A stretch of DNA of 64,000 nt from Octopus vulgaris (GCA_951406725.2 OX597820.1:67704001-67768000), one strand, 5' to 3'. Positions 42,723 through 57,626 are shown, counted from the first letter of the stretch. Made by a program: numbers and translations. Notes: generated by a model from the letters alone, not told the origin.

Positions 42723-43722
42723 AATTTAGATAGAAATAAATAAAACTGAAAATTAACTGAGATAGCAAGTGCATTGTAGCGCTTAATATTAACCTTGTAA
42801 AATTCGAGTTGAAATCCTATTAAAATCAGCATGGTTTTTCATTATTTCGGGGACCCATAAAAATAATACCAGTAATTTCTTCTGTTTATGAATACTTTAT
42901 ATTTAACTTTTAAGTTTGCACCTAAATCGAATTAAATAAACAAATAAATAAATATTATCATCGCAAATGCTGTTTGAAGAAAAACACGTTTAGCAGAAAA
43001 TGCCTTTATGAATTTATTTCAGTCTTATCAAAATTAAAATTTTATTTTATATACAAAATGCCTAGTCAAAAGAAATTTCAAACGAAAAAATATGAATCTA
43101 AGGGCATTTTATTGAGATGTAATTGAAATAGGTAACGCTCAATCACTTTGAAAATCAAACAGATGTACCTAAACTTGAGCTCCCTCGTGTATAAAAAAAG
43201 TTTAAAATCTGCAAAATTTTCGACTATGAAAAATTAAATGAAAACTAATGAAAAAATTCGAAACAAACATAGATTCATATTTATCTAAGAAAATCATATT
43301 TTCGCATTAAAAACTATATTAAAGAAAATTAAATAGAGGAAAAAGAAAAATATACTGTAATTAGTATATGCAATAATAATAAAAAAATATCAAAAATAGG
43401 AGAAAATAAACTGAAATAATTATATCAAAACATGTTCAACAATGCTGCGGGACGTTTCTTTAAGGGCTGTGAGCAGGAAATGGTGAGAATTCTGCCATTA
43501 AATTTCAAGTGATACTCGGTTATATTTTGAATTTTTAATGAAGAAAATTTCAATATTTCTGGAGTTTTCGAAAATCATTCCCACACTTTTGTATTTTCAA
43601 AATTACGAAAAAAAAAAAAAAAAAAGAAGTTTTTACAGAAATAATTATAGTTTTGATGATTTAACGTATTTGGAATTTTAAAATTATCTTACACACCCAT
43701 AAACGCCTATTTCTCCAGCACC

Positions 43723-43830
43723 GTGGCGATAGCCACAGCAAAGCTATGACACCCACAGTTAACAACAGCGAAGCACCACCTCTACATCAGCATTGCCCAC
43801 ACTAGTAGCAGCATCACCACCACCATTACC
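43723..43830. repeat. Right arm of inverted repeat; left arm 38041-38141
   Basis: 43745-43773 is the exact 29-bp reverse complement of 38091-38119; similarity extends over ~100 bp. Confidence 0.9.
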
Positions 43831-43968
43831 ACTACCAGCACTACCACCACCACCACCGCCACCACCGCCACTACCACCGTTACCACCACCAGCACCACCG
43901 CCACCTCCACCACCGCAACCACCACAATTACCACCGTTACCAACACCACCACCACCACCACCACCACC

Positions 43969-44033
<65 letters not shown>

Positions 44034-44447
44034 AGAAATAATTAACATAACCGAAAACCCATAAAGTCCCAAATCGAAGTGTTAATATTGGGTATTATCG
44101 TGCATTTTAGTTTTCACGAAATAAACTCTTAAGATTATGGCGAGAGTTTGGTATTTAAATATGTTTTTTTCAGATAGTTGGCAACCCCAAATTTGTGCAT
44201 TTTAGAAGGCTCTGAGGTCAATTACTCGTATATGTAACACACCGTAGTTTATTCATTCATTAATTCAATCAACCTTTAGGTAGCTTGTGGAATATATTCA
44301 GTATATATTAGCTCGTGAGTAAGTTCCGTAGAGAGGTAATCAAAGTAGATTTAACTATTATTAATATCAGGACATATTTGCCATCACAAATTGTATATGT
44401 TACTTGCCGGATAATTCTATAAAGGAAGTGAGATGCACCGAAGTTTA

Positions 44448-44953
44448 CCGTAAATCCTCGATTATAATCCGCATTTTTTCCCAAAGTTTAAAGTTCAAAA
44501 TACCTAATGCGTACTATATACGAGGTAAAACCTGAAAAATATTTTCTAAGCAATGTCCGAGTCTCTATTTGCTGTCCGGCAATGTTTATTCAGACACATT
44601 TTGTGATGTCGGGCGCGAAAATACCTTAAGCTAAGCCTGAAAGCAATGAAGTCATAAAAGAATCATCCATAACTTGTAGTAAACAACATTTATTGAAATA
44701 AAAGTATTCAGAACACAGAATAACATATTAAAAAAGAAACAATTTGCAAACATATTTACATTCCCCTATAACAATTAAGAACACCACCATTTTTGTATTA
44801 CGCATGCACGGAAGTGTTTCTTCGACTAGGTGCTGCTAGCTTAATTACGCACGACTCAAGTTAGAGAAGGGGTTTAGGTTTTTCAGAAGTACAGCCCCCT
44901 AAAAATCCCCTGCGTATTCTATTCAAGGGCGGACTATACTCGAGGATTTACGG
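44448..44953. mobile_element. Tc2/pogo-type MITE (506 bp), TA TSD
   Basis: TA-CCGTAAATCCTCGATTATAATCCGC ... GCGGACTATACTCGAGGATTTACGG-TA. Confidence 0.92.
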
Positions 44954-46050
44954 TACTCCATTTTTATTTCACGAAGTTGAGATGTCAAGACACATTTGCA
45001 GTATTATTTCATCGAATGTTATACTTCACAATGAACTGAAAGTTAGTACAATAGAGTGACAAAGAAGTACCGATTATACTGAATCAAGCCAAGCGCCTTT
45101 GAAAGATTAGGTTTCCACTCAGATTTTACGAAGCATTTTCTCGGCACTTGTTCGGCCTTCAACGAAATACAAGTGCCTCCCATTAGTAGGTTTATTTTTG
45201 TCAAATCTGGAATGATGAAACTGCCGCATACTTAACAAAATTGATTATATACTCTCAACAAAAGGACTATCCTACATAGGGTCAAACAATCACTCATCAA
45301 TGTGCGCGACTATTAAATCACTGACGTATTGTATCTTCAATCTCTATCTTCTACCATTTTCTAAAGATCTGTATTTCTCTATATTAATAAAATGCCTCCG
45401 ATTTATATGGTTTAGAGGAGCACGGGGTACATTGATGCTCTTTTTCTTATCCGTGAGAATGATGAAAAAAAAGAGTTTATTATTCCTCGACCCGAAAACT
45501 GGACCAAATTCTTGCAACACTGAGGACTCCTCTTAAGGAATGTCAGGCCAAATGGCAATATTAATGCGAGACAGATGATGTTTTCAGTCCAAAATAAGTG
45601 AAGTCGTCCACACAGTTTCGATGTTTCAACGATCTTCCTCACACATTCTGTTTACCAAATTTCTTTCACGAGGATTTCGTCGCACTGAGGCTACAATAGA
45701 TAAAAAAAAAAAAAGCCCGTGGTTCTGCATCCCGGGAACGAACCGGAGACCACGTAGTATTGAAGATAATTTTTAAATCACACACACATACACTATCATC
45801 ATAATGCTTAGAACGCATTTACTGTAGCTTCTTGTAACAATCTAAGTTATCTCCCATAACGAATCGGACACTGAGTTCCAATATTCTTTTCTTGAAAGAG
45901 TAAACTAAATTGCACCATGGTGTCTATTGTTCCTAGCACATAACACTGAAGCATATCCCTGTATGAGAGTTTCAACCTGAACCTCACCAACATAAATGTC
46001 AACATGAGAAAGCCTGTAAGTAATACATACGCTAAACATCCTCTAATCCA

Positions 46051-46154
<104 letters not shown>

Positions 46155-46201
46155 GTCTGTCTGTCTGTCTGCTATATGTCTCTCTCTCACTCCCCCCTCT
46201 C

Positions 46202-46247
<46 letters not shown>

Positions 46248-46259
46248 TGCAAACATTGT

Positions 46260-46572
46260 CTTTTACTTGTTTCATTCATTCGATTACGGCCATTACACCA
46301 CCTTGAAGAATGTTAACCGAACGAATCGACCCCAGGACTTATTCTCTATAAGCATAGTACTTAGTCTATCGGTCTCTCTTGCTGAACCGTTAGGTTACGG
46401 GGACCTAAACACATCAACACCAGTTGCCAAGCAGTTGTAAAGGACAAACACGGACACACACGCACATATACAACGGGCTTCTTTCAGTTTCCGTCTACCA
46501 AATCTACTCAAAAGGCCTTGGTCGGCATCAGGCTATAGCAGAAGACACTTGTCCAAGGTGACTGAACCCAGA
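46260..46572 (-). mobile_element. SINE family D
   Basis: ATCGACCCCAGGACTTATTC, CGGGCTTCTTTCAGTTTCCGTCTACC, GAAGACACTTGTCCAAGGTG. Confidence 0.85.
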
Positions 46573-46616
46573 AATATATATATATCTATATATCTAAATA
46601 TATACATGCGTATAAG

Positions 46617-46742
46617 AAGGGATGACCACTAAGTGGACATCCAATATGCTAGAAATAGATCACCTACGATATAATCACAAAGAAAAGAAACATCAGCAAA
46701 CACCAGAACATAAGCGGGTAAGACAAATGAAAATATACAAAA
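46617..46742 (+). repeat. Dispersed repeat with 5' hairpin; second copy 63178-63317
   Basis: Both begin GGGGATGACCACTAAGTGGACATCCA.TATGCTAGAA and end GACAAATGAAAA. Confidence 0.8.
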
Positions 46743-47714
46743 TAAAGATTTCGCCATTAACTACTTTACTTACGTAAAAACGTCCGTGGCTCGTCAGTAC
46801 GACTGTTCTATTTCGATGTAATCGGTAGAACTGTACACATGTCTAATTTTATGAGGACAACCCGTGTATAGTTCTGCAATTTATAGTGAATTAGAACGGT
46901 TCATCAAAGACAGTATTATATGCCGATTATTTGTTATGATAATTATAAAGGTTATAACTTTGCTGTAAAATTTAGAAAAGGACCTGATGTACCTTTGCAT
47001 ATCTTAAATAGACTTAATTTTCATATCTCAATTTTCGTTTTATACATTTGGACATTAAGTATTATTTCAAATGTTCATTCTGTCCATTACATATATACAT
47101 ATTTGCATAGGAATATTTTGATTTGTCTTCCAATTGTAAGTAGCCAAAAATATTTTCATTGTGGTTAATTTTATATCTGAACATAAATATGCATGTCTTT
47201 TCGTCAATGATATATTTAATAAATAATTACCACCAAATATAATAGACAATGCTTTCACTTAAAATTGTTTTGTAAGCTAAATAGATTGTGTTAGGGTAAC
47301 GCTTGTTATGCCAAACATAACATATTCTGCACATGAGGTAATCTCCGCAAAAAAAAGCAAAAACAAAAATTACAGGAACCGCTTGAGTTACCCACCCTTA
47401 CTATGAACTTCACAAAAGATGTAGACAAGCGCTGGCAATCCCGTTCGTTAGGTGTACCGGAAATAACTTTTAAACATGTCTGGAAATTCTGCTGGGGATC
47501 TGGAGTTCCTACATAATTCTGTGCAGAAATGCTTGAGAATATAAGAGTATTTTCTGTTTATATTTTCCTGGCTAACTTTGCTGTATGTATGAAGTAGTGC
47601 ATTGCATGTATTAAGCAGTGCATTGTATGGTGAGCCTACCAGAGGCTGATGGATTAGTCTCGCGATGATATATATGTATATGTATGTATATATACATATA
47701 TTTCAAACACACAT

Positions 47715-47905
47715 AGTTGAAATTTATAGATAAACAAAAAAACGTAGATTGGTGTATAAACAACAAGCAGGTGTATTAGTTTGACGCTCGGAAAGGTGAG
47801 AAAGTCTTTTACATTTCGAGCCTACGCTCTTCATCAGAAAGGAATGAGAGAAAATAAGCAGAAAGAGAATAACAAAAAAGCTTGTGGATTTAGCGATCAG
47901 TCAAT
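47715..47905 (-). mobile_element. Penelope-like pLTR/3' fragment
   Basis: Carries the hammerhead at 47806-47841; T-rich 3' end; similar to 5059-5275. Confidence 0.72.
47806..47841 (-). ncRNA. Minimal type I hammerhead ribozyme motif
   Basis: CTTT-CTGATGA-A-GAGC-GTAG-GCTC-GAAA-TG-TA-AAAG: canonical core, stems I and II pair. Confidence 0.8.
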
Positions 47906-48358
47906 ATAAATTGTTAAGGTGGCTATTCGCAATTTACAACCGAAAAGCAACAAGTATAGTCGTTACTAAAGTGAGGGAGGGTGTTTGGTATATATATATT
48001 TATTTATTCATTCATATGTTGCCAAAACTGGTATTTCTGTTTCTTGTAACCTCACCATACATTCATGAAAAAGAGCAATTGCAACACTCATACACTATGA
48101 AACAAAGCTAAACAGGAAAATATTATCAGATTCTACTTCCATACTCAACAGAATTTCCCACAGAAATAAGCGATGCATACAGGGACGGTATACTACATAC
48201 CCCACATGAATTCGAATTACAGAATGGGTGAAAACGCCACTTAAAACTTTAAATGCTTAAAACAGAATAGCACATCACAAATCTGCAAGTCACAGATTAA
48301 CACATTCGCGAGGCTAGTAATTTATACGTGGGTCGATTTCTGTGATGGGATGGTACAA

Positions 48359-48397
<39 letters not shown>

Positions 48398-48584
48398 AAA
48401 TATATATATCAATGTATATTTATATATTGGAATTTGTATGAACATTTGTCCGAATTTACTTTTATACTTCCAATTTCTCCTAAAAAATTGTGGAAACCGG
48501 TTTGATATTTGAGTCTGTTCCAAAATTTAAAAACTACAAGACGTTTTAAAAGTTGAGTGTCTATTCAACCCCCAAACCAACTCA

Positions 48585-48631
<47 letters not shown>

Positions 48632-48644
48632 TATATACATATAT

Positions 48645-48695
<51 letters not shown>

Positions 48696-48859
48696 CATAC
48701 ATACATATGGTGAACTATCAAGTTGTAAATGACAGATAGCGATTCCGCAACTTTTTGTTGAACGACCTATACATACGATTTTTTTCGTAATAATCAAAAT
48801 CTTTTTCATGTACCTCAATCACTCCGCCATCAAATTGGCATTGTCTGTACAGGTGCACG

Positions 48860-49010
48860 GTGTTTCACACGTCAGGTGACGATATGGCCGCAGAGCAGCG
48901 TGAAATGAAGTGTTCTGCTGAAGGACACGAGGCAGTGTCCGGCCTTGCAATCGAAATCACGATATTACGATCGTGTGGGCAACACCTTAACCACAAAGCC
49001 ACACGACTTT
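48860..49010 (-). mobile_element. Degenerate tRNA-derived SINE (family C-like)
   Basis: GAGCAGCGTGAAATGAAGTG..GCTGAAGGACAC..AATCGAAATCAC..TTAACCAC; similar to 62800-62930. Confidence 0.65.
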
Positions 49011-49135
49011 ACACACACATAGTCACAGACATATATATATATATATATACATACGTTTAAATATTTGTTGTGCAAGACTTTAATGGCTAAACTGGCAAAA
49101 TGACCATTCCGAAATATAACAATATATATATATAT

Positions 49136-49345
49136 AGTTAATCCATACAAGAAAGCACAAAAAAACACGACAACGCGAGGACGTGGAACAAATAGAGTAT
49201 TATTGGACCGACGCTCAGGAAAGAAGGAAAGAAGGAGGGTTTAACGTTTCGAGCGGAGCTCTTCGTCGGAAACATAGGAGAAGGAAAGATCCAGAGAAGG
49301 GAAGACAGAGGAAAAAAAATCGCCAACGGTACACACGCGGTCACA
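49136..49345 (-). mobile_element. Penelope-like pLTR/3' fragment with hammerhead (49239-49273)
   Basis: GTTT-CCGACGA-A-GAGC-TCC-GCTC-GAAA-CG-TT-AAAC (U4C variant); abuts (TA)n; very similar to 53490-53694. Confidence 0.78.
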
Positions 49346-49527
49346 TAAATGCTCTAATATCTACACAGCCTTGGTGTTTTATCTTATTACGTAAAAAATT
49401 ATTATATATATATACATTATATATATACATTTATATATATGATTATATATATATATGTATGGATATATATATATATAAAGGCACATATACATACATACAC
49501 ACACATATATATACATACATAGATATA

Positions 49528-49614
<87 letters not shown>

Positions 49615-50213
49615 TTAGTCATACACATCACACATGTATAAGTTCGTGAGGAAGCGTTTGCAAGTGTCACTGCATACACACACATGAATGAATGTATGCA
49701 TTTTTGTATGTACGTATGTATATATGTATACATGGTACACATGTATTTTCGATGTTGTGGGTGAGTATTAACATATGTATCGGTAAAAGACTTGTGAAAA
49801 TATCGGTTGTGAGTTTCAAAGATTACAGGTCGCTCAACTCCTTAGGTTTTCCCATTAACTGACACATACTCAATACTAGAAATAAGTGGTAGATTTGAAA
49901 CCCTCGAGGTGAGAAGTGAGTTGTAATGCTTTATCGCTGGACATGTGTATTGGTTTGGATATATGTATTTATATACGAAATATACATACATATACGTGTA
50001 TGCATGGATGTATGTATGTGCGTATGTATATGCGTATGTATGTATGTAGGTATGCATGTATGTACTTATATATGTATATATGTGAGTTGTGCCTCTATGC
50101 GTGTGGCTGAATACGAATGGGTGTACACGAAATAGTGTGGGAATAGGACATAAGTTTAATAATGGTTTAGATAAATCTTTCGATATGTTGCTAGATTAAA
50201 TATGCATCTTTAA

Positions 50214-50249
<36 letters not shown>

Positions 50250-50272
50250 ACACACGTATATATATGTATATA

Positions 50273-50315
<43 letters not shown>

Positions 50316-50344
50316 ATATATATATACTACATAATATTTATATA

Positions 50345-50393
<49 letters not shown>

Positions 50394-50665
50394 GTGTATA
50401 TGTATATATATATGTATATATATGCATGTGTATATGTTTGTGTATAAAAATACATATATACATAGATATAAACATATATGTAAACATATAAATGCGTATA
50501 CGCTTCTATCTATCTATGTATCTATCTAATCTATCTATCTATATATCTATCTATCATCTATCTATGTATCTATCTTTCTGTCTGTCCATCTACGTATATA
50601 TGTATGTGTATATATATGTGTGTGTATGTGTCTATATATATACATATATATATTTATATAGGCAT

Positions 50666-50716
<51 letters not shown>

Positions 50717-50727
50717 TAAATACATAT

Positions 50728-50785
<58 letters not shown>

Positions 50786-51309
50786 TCATATATATAAGAC
50801 CTAAAATACATACATAAGTGTGCGTGCGTATATGCTTCTACGTAAAGCAAGCCGTACCGTTCTCTTGCCTCTATGTATATGTACATACACACATACAGAA
50901 ACACATACAGAGGTACATACACACACACACATTTGTATATATATATATATATATATGTACGTTTGTCTGTGTGTATATGTGTGTTGTGTGTGCGTATATA
51001 TGTGGTTGATGTCATATAATGCTTATTATAGATAGACAGTAAGGAAGGGAGAAGAAGGCAAAGCATTGCTGTTTATTATGTGTTGGTACAAAAATTGTTT
51101 AAGAGGGAAGATATCGGGTGAACTTTGCTGTAAAGTGTCTGTGTTGGGAATATATATGTATATGATATAATATATAGTGTGCAAACTGTATTGAACTTTG
51201 TAAAGGTGATATTATTTCGAAAAATAACTAATTATATGGAACACCACTTGCCCTCAAACTGTTGATAACCATGCAAAAGAAGAAAAAGAAGCCATGACAC
51301 CTACATGTA

Positions 51310-51730
51310 TGACTGTAATGGTGATGATGATGATGATGATAATGTTAGTGGTGGTGGTGGTTGTGGTGACGATGATGATGATGGTGGTGATGGTGGTGAT
51401 GGTGGTGATGATGATGATGGTGGTGATGGTGGTGATGGTAGTGATGATGATGATGGTGGTGATGGTGGTGATGACCATGATGATGATGATGATGATGATG
51501 ATTATGATGATTATGATGATGATAATGATGATGACGATGTTAGGGATGGTGATGGTTTCGATGATGATGATGATGATGATGATGATTATGATGATGATGA
51601 TGGTTTCGATAATGATGATGATGATGGCAGTGGTCTTGATGATGATGTTGATGATAGTGATAGGGGTGTTGGTGTTGGTGGTGGTGGTGGTGATGATAAT
51701 GATGATGATGATGGTGATGAGGATATTGAT
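51310..51730. repeat. (GAT)n/(GGT)n compound microsatellite
   Basis: Direct observation; poly-D/M/I ORFs are by-products. Confidence 0.95.
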
Positions 51731-52318
51731 ATAATAAAGATAAATGATACATCTTTTTCCTTTTTTTTCTTTTCTTACTTTCTTTTTTTTTTCATCTCTT
51801 TTCTTTTTATTTATTTCTGTCAAGCAAATGGGAAGCTTTAGGAGATATGTTCCATTCTTTCAGAGAAATATTAGTGTCAGCTTTTATGAAAGAATGAGAT
51901 TATGCTTTTTCTTTTTCTTTTCTCTCTTTCTTTTTCCGAGTCCATTTCTATCTTGAAGCATAATTTTTGTGCTCAAATTTTGAGCAAGCAACTCGCAATT
52001 TTACGCTGCGCCAGCTTCTCATGTAACGCTACCAGCAACACTTAAGTGTGTGAAGCTGAGAACATGCCTACCTCCCGCAGTGGTGTGTGCAAGACAACAA
52101 ACCACTGCATATGGCGTGTGCACAACTGTACATAGACACACACACACACATACACCCCACCTCACCGCACAAACCTATACATACAGAATTCAGATATCGA
52201 GATTATATTGACATGTACTGTACTGTTGATTTCTGAGCATGCTCTTTACCCCAAGCTAAACATTCAATTATGAAAAAGATGTGCAATGTAGTGTTGATGG
52301 TTGGGTCGTTCGTTGGTT

Positions 52319-52353
52319 GTTACCGGCGACGAGGAACCGTTCGAGAACGTTCC
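52319..52353. promoter_or_regulatory. Candidate X-box-like site plus three-unit heat-shock element
   Basis: GTTACCGGCGAC (52319-52330) and gTTCgaGAAcgTTCc (52339-52353) in a locally CpG-rich patch. Confidence 0.3.
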
Positions 52354-52384
52354 GAAATATTCGTTCAACATTTAATTATTTACA

Positions 52385-52730
<346 letters not shown>

Positions 52731-53080
52731 CATTGTACTCACTATAGCATATGAGTAATAAATTTCTCAGTAGGAATGTTCATTAAAGATCTTCCCGCCT
52801 CTTTTGGGATTTCTTATATATTTGTTTCAAACCCCTTTACTGTTTTCTGTTCAGAACATTTCAATTAATGCAGTAAAAATAGCAGTCAAATGCTTTTTTT
52901 TTTTTTGCTAAAAATTATTAAACCAAGAAACATTATTAAACTATGTTCATTGTTGTTATTACTTTTTCTAGAAGTTGCGTTTCTTTTACCTGAAGTTTAT
53001 TAACGACGATTTCCCCCCAAAATTGATTACGGCAATATTTGATAGAATAGTGGTATATTAGGAAGATGGTTGTATGTGTA

Positions 53081-53148
<68 letters not shown>

Positions 53149-53489
53149 TATATATATGTATGTATCCATTTTTGCAGCAATAATAGTGATGTCCTGTTTC
53201 TGATACTCACTCTCTTTCTTTTCTTTCTCTCTGTCGATCAATTTATATATATATATATATATACATTTACAAACACACCCAGACAAAAAGTGATGTACAT
53301 CTTGTAAGAACGTCTGTCTTAAATTAATAAGTATGTTCCCTGACTTACTTATTGTGTACATAGCATTAAATTTCTTATCTCCAAGTTTTCAAACGCAATT
53401 ACGCATAGACATATACATATGTGTCAATATGATTGTGTTTATATATGTAAAGGATATATATATATATTTATATATATATATATATAGTT

Positions 53490-53691
53490 AGTTAATCCAA
53501 ACAAGAAAACACAAAAAAACACAACAACGCGAGTACGTGGAACAAATAAAGTATTATTGGACGCTCAGGAAAGAAGGGAAGAAGGAGGGTTTAACGTTTC
53601 GAGCGGAGCTCTTCGTCGGAAACATAGGAGAAAGAAAGATCCCAAGAAGGGAAGACAAAGGAAAAAAAATCGCTGGCGGTACTCACGAGGT

Positions 53692-53694
<3 letters not shown>
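53490..53694 (-). mobile_element. Penelope-like pLTR/3' fragment with hammerhead (53589-53623)
   Basis: Hammerhead identical to 49239-49273; between (TA)n and (GA)n. Confidence 0.78.
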
Positions 53695-53770
<76 letters not shown>

Positions 53771-54424
53771 TTAAATGCACCACGTCACTCAGCCATATTA
53801 TTGTTATCTGTGGACGTATGCATGTTGTATGTTATTTTTCGGTTTATTTCAAGATTTCTTGCCAATAGAGAAAGGACCAGTTTCTAACCTAGATCCAAGG
53901 CTTCTTCATTCGAATTTCAACATCAACAACAAGGTATGTATGTATGTATGCATGTTTGTGCAGATTTGTATGGTTTATGTATGTATTATCATACATATAG
54001 TTGCATATCTAGACGTGCTCATATATATTTAAATGATAAACTTCTGGAAATTTTCACAGATTTTTACAGTTCCAGTGACGGATTGGATTCGTCTTCGAAT
54101 TAGCTTTCTCTTTTCTGATTCTGAGAAGCGTAATTTCTCAAGATTGGTATTTAGGCAGTGTCTCACTTATCCCAGGACCCCAATAATTACAGGTATAATT
54201 TTGTTTGTTGTATTTGGTTAGCTGCAGGTCATCGTATACAAGCAGATATATAATCAAGGGCATTCCAACTGTCGCCATCTTACCTTCTTCAAGAATATCT
54301 TGGGGTATATAAGCTGGTGTCTCACTTTTTTTGTGTAAAGGCGTTTGATGAAGATATTTTTTTATAGTTCCAGTGATTGTAGATGATTTTTGATTGGCGT
54401 AGTCTATACATGCAGATAGTGCAG

Positions 54425-54806
54425 TAAGTAACCTTTGGTCGACAGAGTCTATAGTAGAACTTGCTCAAGGTGCTTCGCAGCGGGACTGAACCTGGAGACA
54501 TGCGGTTGGAAAGCAAGCTTCTTACCACACAGCAACGCTTACGCCTCTTTAAATGTGTTTTCTAAAGTAGTGTCTCAGTATTCTTTTTTTCTTTTACTTG
54601 TTTCAGTCATTTGACTGCGGCCATGTTGGAGTACTACAATTAGTCGAACAAATCGACCCCATGACTTATTCATTGTAAGCGTAATGGTTGTAACCGGGTT
54701 CAGTCCCACTGCGTGGCACCTTCGGCAAGTGTCTTCTACTATAACCTCGGGCCGACCAAAGCCTTGTGAATGGATTTGGTAGACGGAAACTGAAAGAAGC
54801 CCGTCG

Positions 54807-54885
<79 letters not shown>

Positions 54886-55405
54886 CGTGTATGTTTGTGT
54901 GTCTGTGTTTGGCTCCCTAGCATTGCTTGACAACCGATGTTGGTGTGTTTATGTCCCCTTCACTTAGCGGTTCGGCAAAAGAGACCGATAGAATAAGTAC
55001 TGGGCTTACAACGAATAAGTCCCGGGGTTGAGTTGCTCGATTAAAGGCGGTGCTCCAGCATGGCCGCAGTCAAATGACTGAAACAAATAAAAGAGTAAAA
55101 GAGAGAGAGAGTAATACTTATTCTGTCGGCTCCTTCTGCTGAACCGCTAATTTATGGGGCCGGAAACACACCAACACCAGTTGTCAAGAGATGGTGGGAG
55201 GTAGACAAAAATACGAACTTATATATATATATATTTATATATATACTGGGCTTCTTTCAGTTTCCGTCTGCCAAATCCATTCACAAGGCTTTGGTCGGCC
55301 CGAGGTTATAGTCGAAAACACTTGCCCAATGTGCCTCGCAGCGGGATTGAACCCGGAGCCACGTGGTTAGGAAGCAAGTTTCTTACCACACGCCCACGTT
55401 TGCAC
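54425..55405. mobile_element. Cluster of family D SINEs in alternating orientation: minus 54425-54546, minus tail ~54590-54680, plus ~54685-55100, minus ~55112-55405
   Basis: Plus GGGTTCAGTCCCACTGCGTGGCACC..GACGGAAACTGAAAGAAGCCC..CAGTCAAATGACTGAAACAA and its reverse complements on both sides. Confidence 0.9.
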
Positions 55406-55651
55406 TTATGAACGTAATTACTAATAAAATGTGACTTGCTTCTGTGGTTTAAAAGTTGAATGTACTTGTGGAGGTCATTTTAAACAGAAACTGTGTTAGT
55501 TCGTAGAAGGAATATATATAGGTGATAAATTGAACTCATCTACAATCACCAGGTTCTTGAGTACATTCAGCGTTGTCTATTCTGTTGAAAGCATTCTGGT
55601 AAAATTTCTAATGCGTGGATAATTTCCTTTCTTCTTCGTTTCCTTGCACAG

Positions 55652-55670
55652 AAAATATAAAAATGGACAT
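55652..55670 (+). CDS. Candidate 19-nt microexon of an unidentified gene
   Basis: Acceptor TTTCCTTTCTTCTTCGTTTCCTTGCACAG and donor GTAAGC. Confidence 0.3.
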
Positions 55671-55837
55671 GTAAGCTGTTCCTCCTTTTCGGTTTCAGCC
55701 ATACTCTAAATTACCTAAACTAACACTTTGAAATGACATTTTGGACTCCACTACCTCTTGCCTATTAAATATTCTTTAGTCGTAGGCTTGAATTTGCAAC
55801 TGTTTCTACGGATGTAAGGTTTTTGTGGATTCTAAGG

Positions 55838-56020
55838 TAGTGAACTAGCAGAATCCTAAGTACGTTCGACAGAATGTTTAGCGGCATTTTCCAGCTCTTT
55901 ACGTTCTGAGTTCAAATACAACCGAGATCGAATCTGCTTTTCATTCTTTCGGGATCAATAAAATAAGTACCAGCAGAGTACTGAGGTCGATGGTTCCCTC
56001 CCGTGAAAATTACTAACCTA
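55838..56020 (+). mobile_element. SINE family A, degenerate
   Basis: TACGTTCTGAGTTCAAAT..TTTCATTCTTTCGGGATCAATAAAATAAGTACCAG. Confidence 0.8.
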
Positions 56021-56959
56021 AGAGTTTTAATAAAGTTTCTGGACAATAATAGGCTTCAAAGGTTTTGAGGAAGATAGATTTCTTTATTGGTCACGCAGGG
56101 CTGAACACAGAAGGGACAAAATACAAAGTAGAGCTTTTCTTTTGGGGAAGAAGAGGGGAAAAATGGTCGAATTACGATCAAAAGCGATTGTGGAAAAAGA
56201 CTGTAATTTTCAGGGCTTTTGCAAGAAAAAAATGTGTATCAGCTACATATATGAATTATTTCATATTAGGATTCGAACCCGCATCATTGAGGATGTTGTA
56301 GCATGGGAAATCAAATTACTGATGCACTATGGTGACTCAAGCCTGTAGTCACATACTGATTAGCTACGGTTTTATAGAGTTATCTCTCCTTTTCATCATG
56401 TAATGTGACTTTGCTGAGAGAATTGGTAGAACGTAAATAGGAAAATCAGCAGATATTGCTGGCTATCGCGCTACTATGGGCTTAAGTGGATAGCGTGAGT
56501 GGGGAACAAGATAATATTGATCTTATTCATTAGCTTAGAGTTTATTTTCCTTTTGTTCGTATAGAAGAGTATCTTGAGGCACGTGGTTGAGTGGATATGG
56601 TGTTCGGACTATCGGCCGAAGGGTTGATGTAGCGTTTTCAGTTAACTGTACTGCAGTGACATGTGTCCAAGGATCCAAGGGCATGACATTTAAATCTTCC
56701 TTCCTCGCTCATTTTGTAAAAATTCCAAACAGGTATCAATAATAGTAGCAAGCAATAGACGTAAATAAAATTGACAATTTCGTATGCATAATGTGTTTCG
56801 TTCTAATCTTCTGACAGATATATGAATTGTCAATTAGCTCGGACAAACGAGCGAGCCTCTATGTGGTCAAAATATCGGCTAGGAGAAGCAACTAAAACTA
56901 CCATCATAAAAAAGAGAAAAGGTAAGCTTATATATTCCTAGATACGAAACGAACTCACG

Positions 56960-57010
<51 letters not shown>

Positions 57011-57099
57011 GCACACACACACATAGATGTATTTAAATGTTTGTTTTATGCCAGACAGTCTGATGATAGATAGCAAGCCGAGATACCGAAGTATATGTT

Positions 57100-57166
<67 letters not shown>

Positions 57167-57242
57167 CATATATATGTGAGTTCTTTTTCTCCCGTTTGTA
57201 AAACCAAATCTATGCATCAATCTCTTTGACTATACATAAATA

Positions 57243-57287
<45 letters not shown>

Positions 57288-57626
57288 GCCTGTCTGTCTA
57301 TCTGCCTGTCTGTCTGTCTGTACAGTGAGTGTAAAAAATCGAAGATTAAAACGCCCCAAAACAGGCGCTCATATATTACTTAAGAAAGAGGCTATATTAT
57401 TATTTTGTTTTTAAAAAAACATGTTGCCATAATAGCCAAGCTTCGAATTGAATTACTAACGGTTTCAACCCAGAAGTTGAGAAAGAGAACCAACTACGGC
57501 AATGGCCAGTAATTTCCGATGATCACAAGAATCGTTTTGTAACTTATGGTATGGAATTAACTGGTAATTTAGCTATTAAGAGACTATAATATTGTCTTTT
57601 ATTTATGATAATGATTATAATAATAA

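Noticed and set aside
51305-51841. Asp/Gly-rich acidic protein ORF
   Set aside because: Entirely GAT/GGT microsatellite, no splice or codon evidence
56441-56494. Extra exon ending at a GTGAGT donor
   Set aside because: Acceptor lacks a polypyrimidine tract and the frames do not join the other candidate exons without a stop
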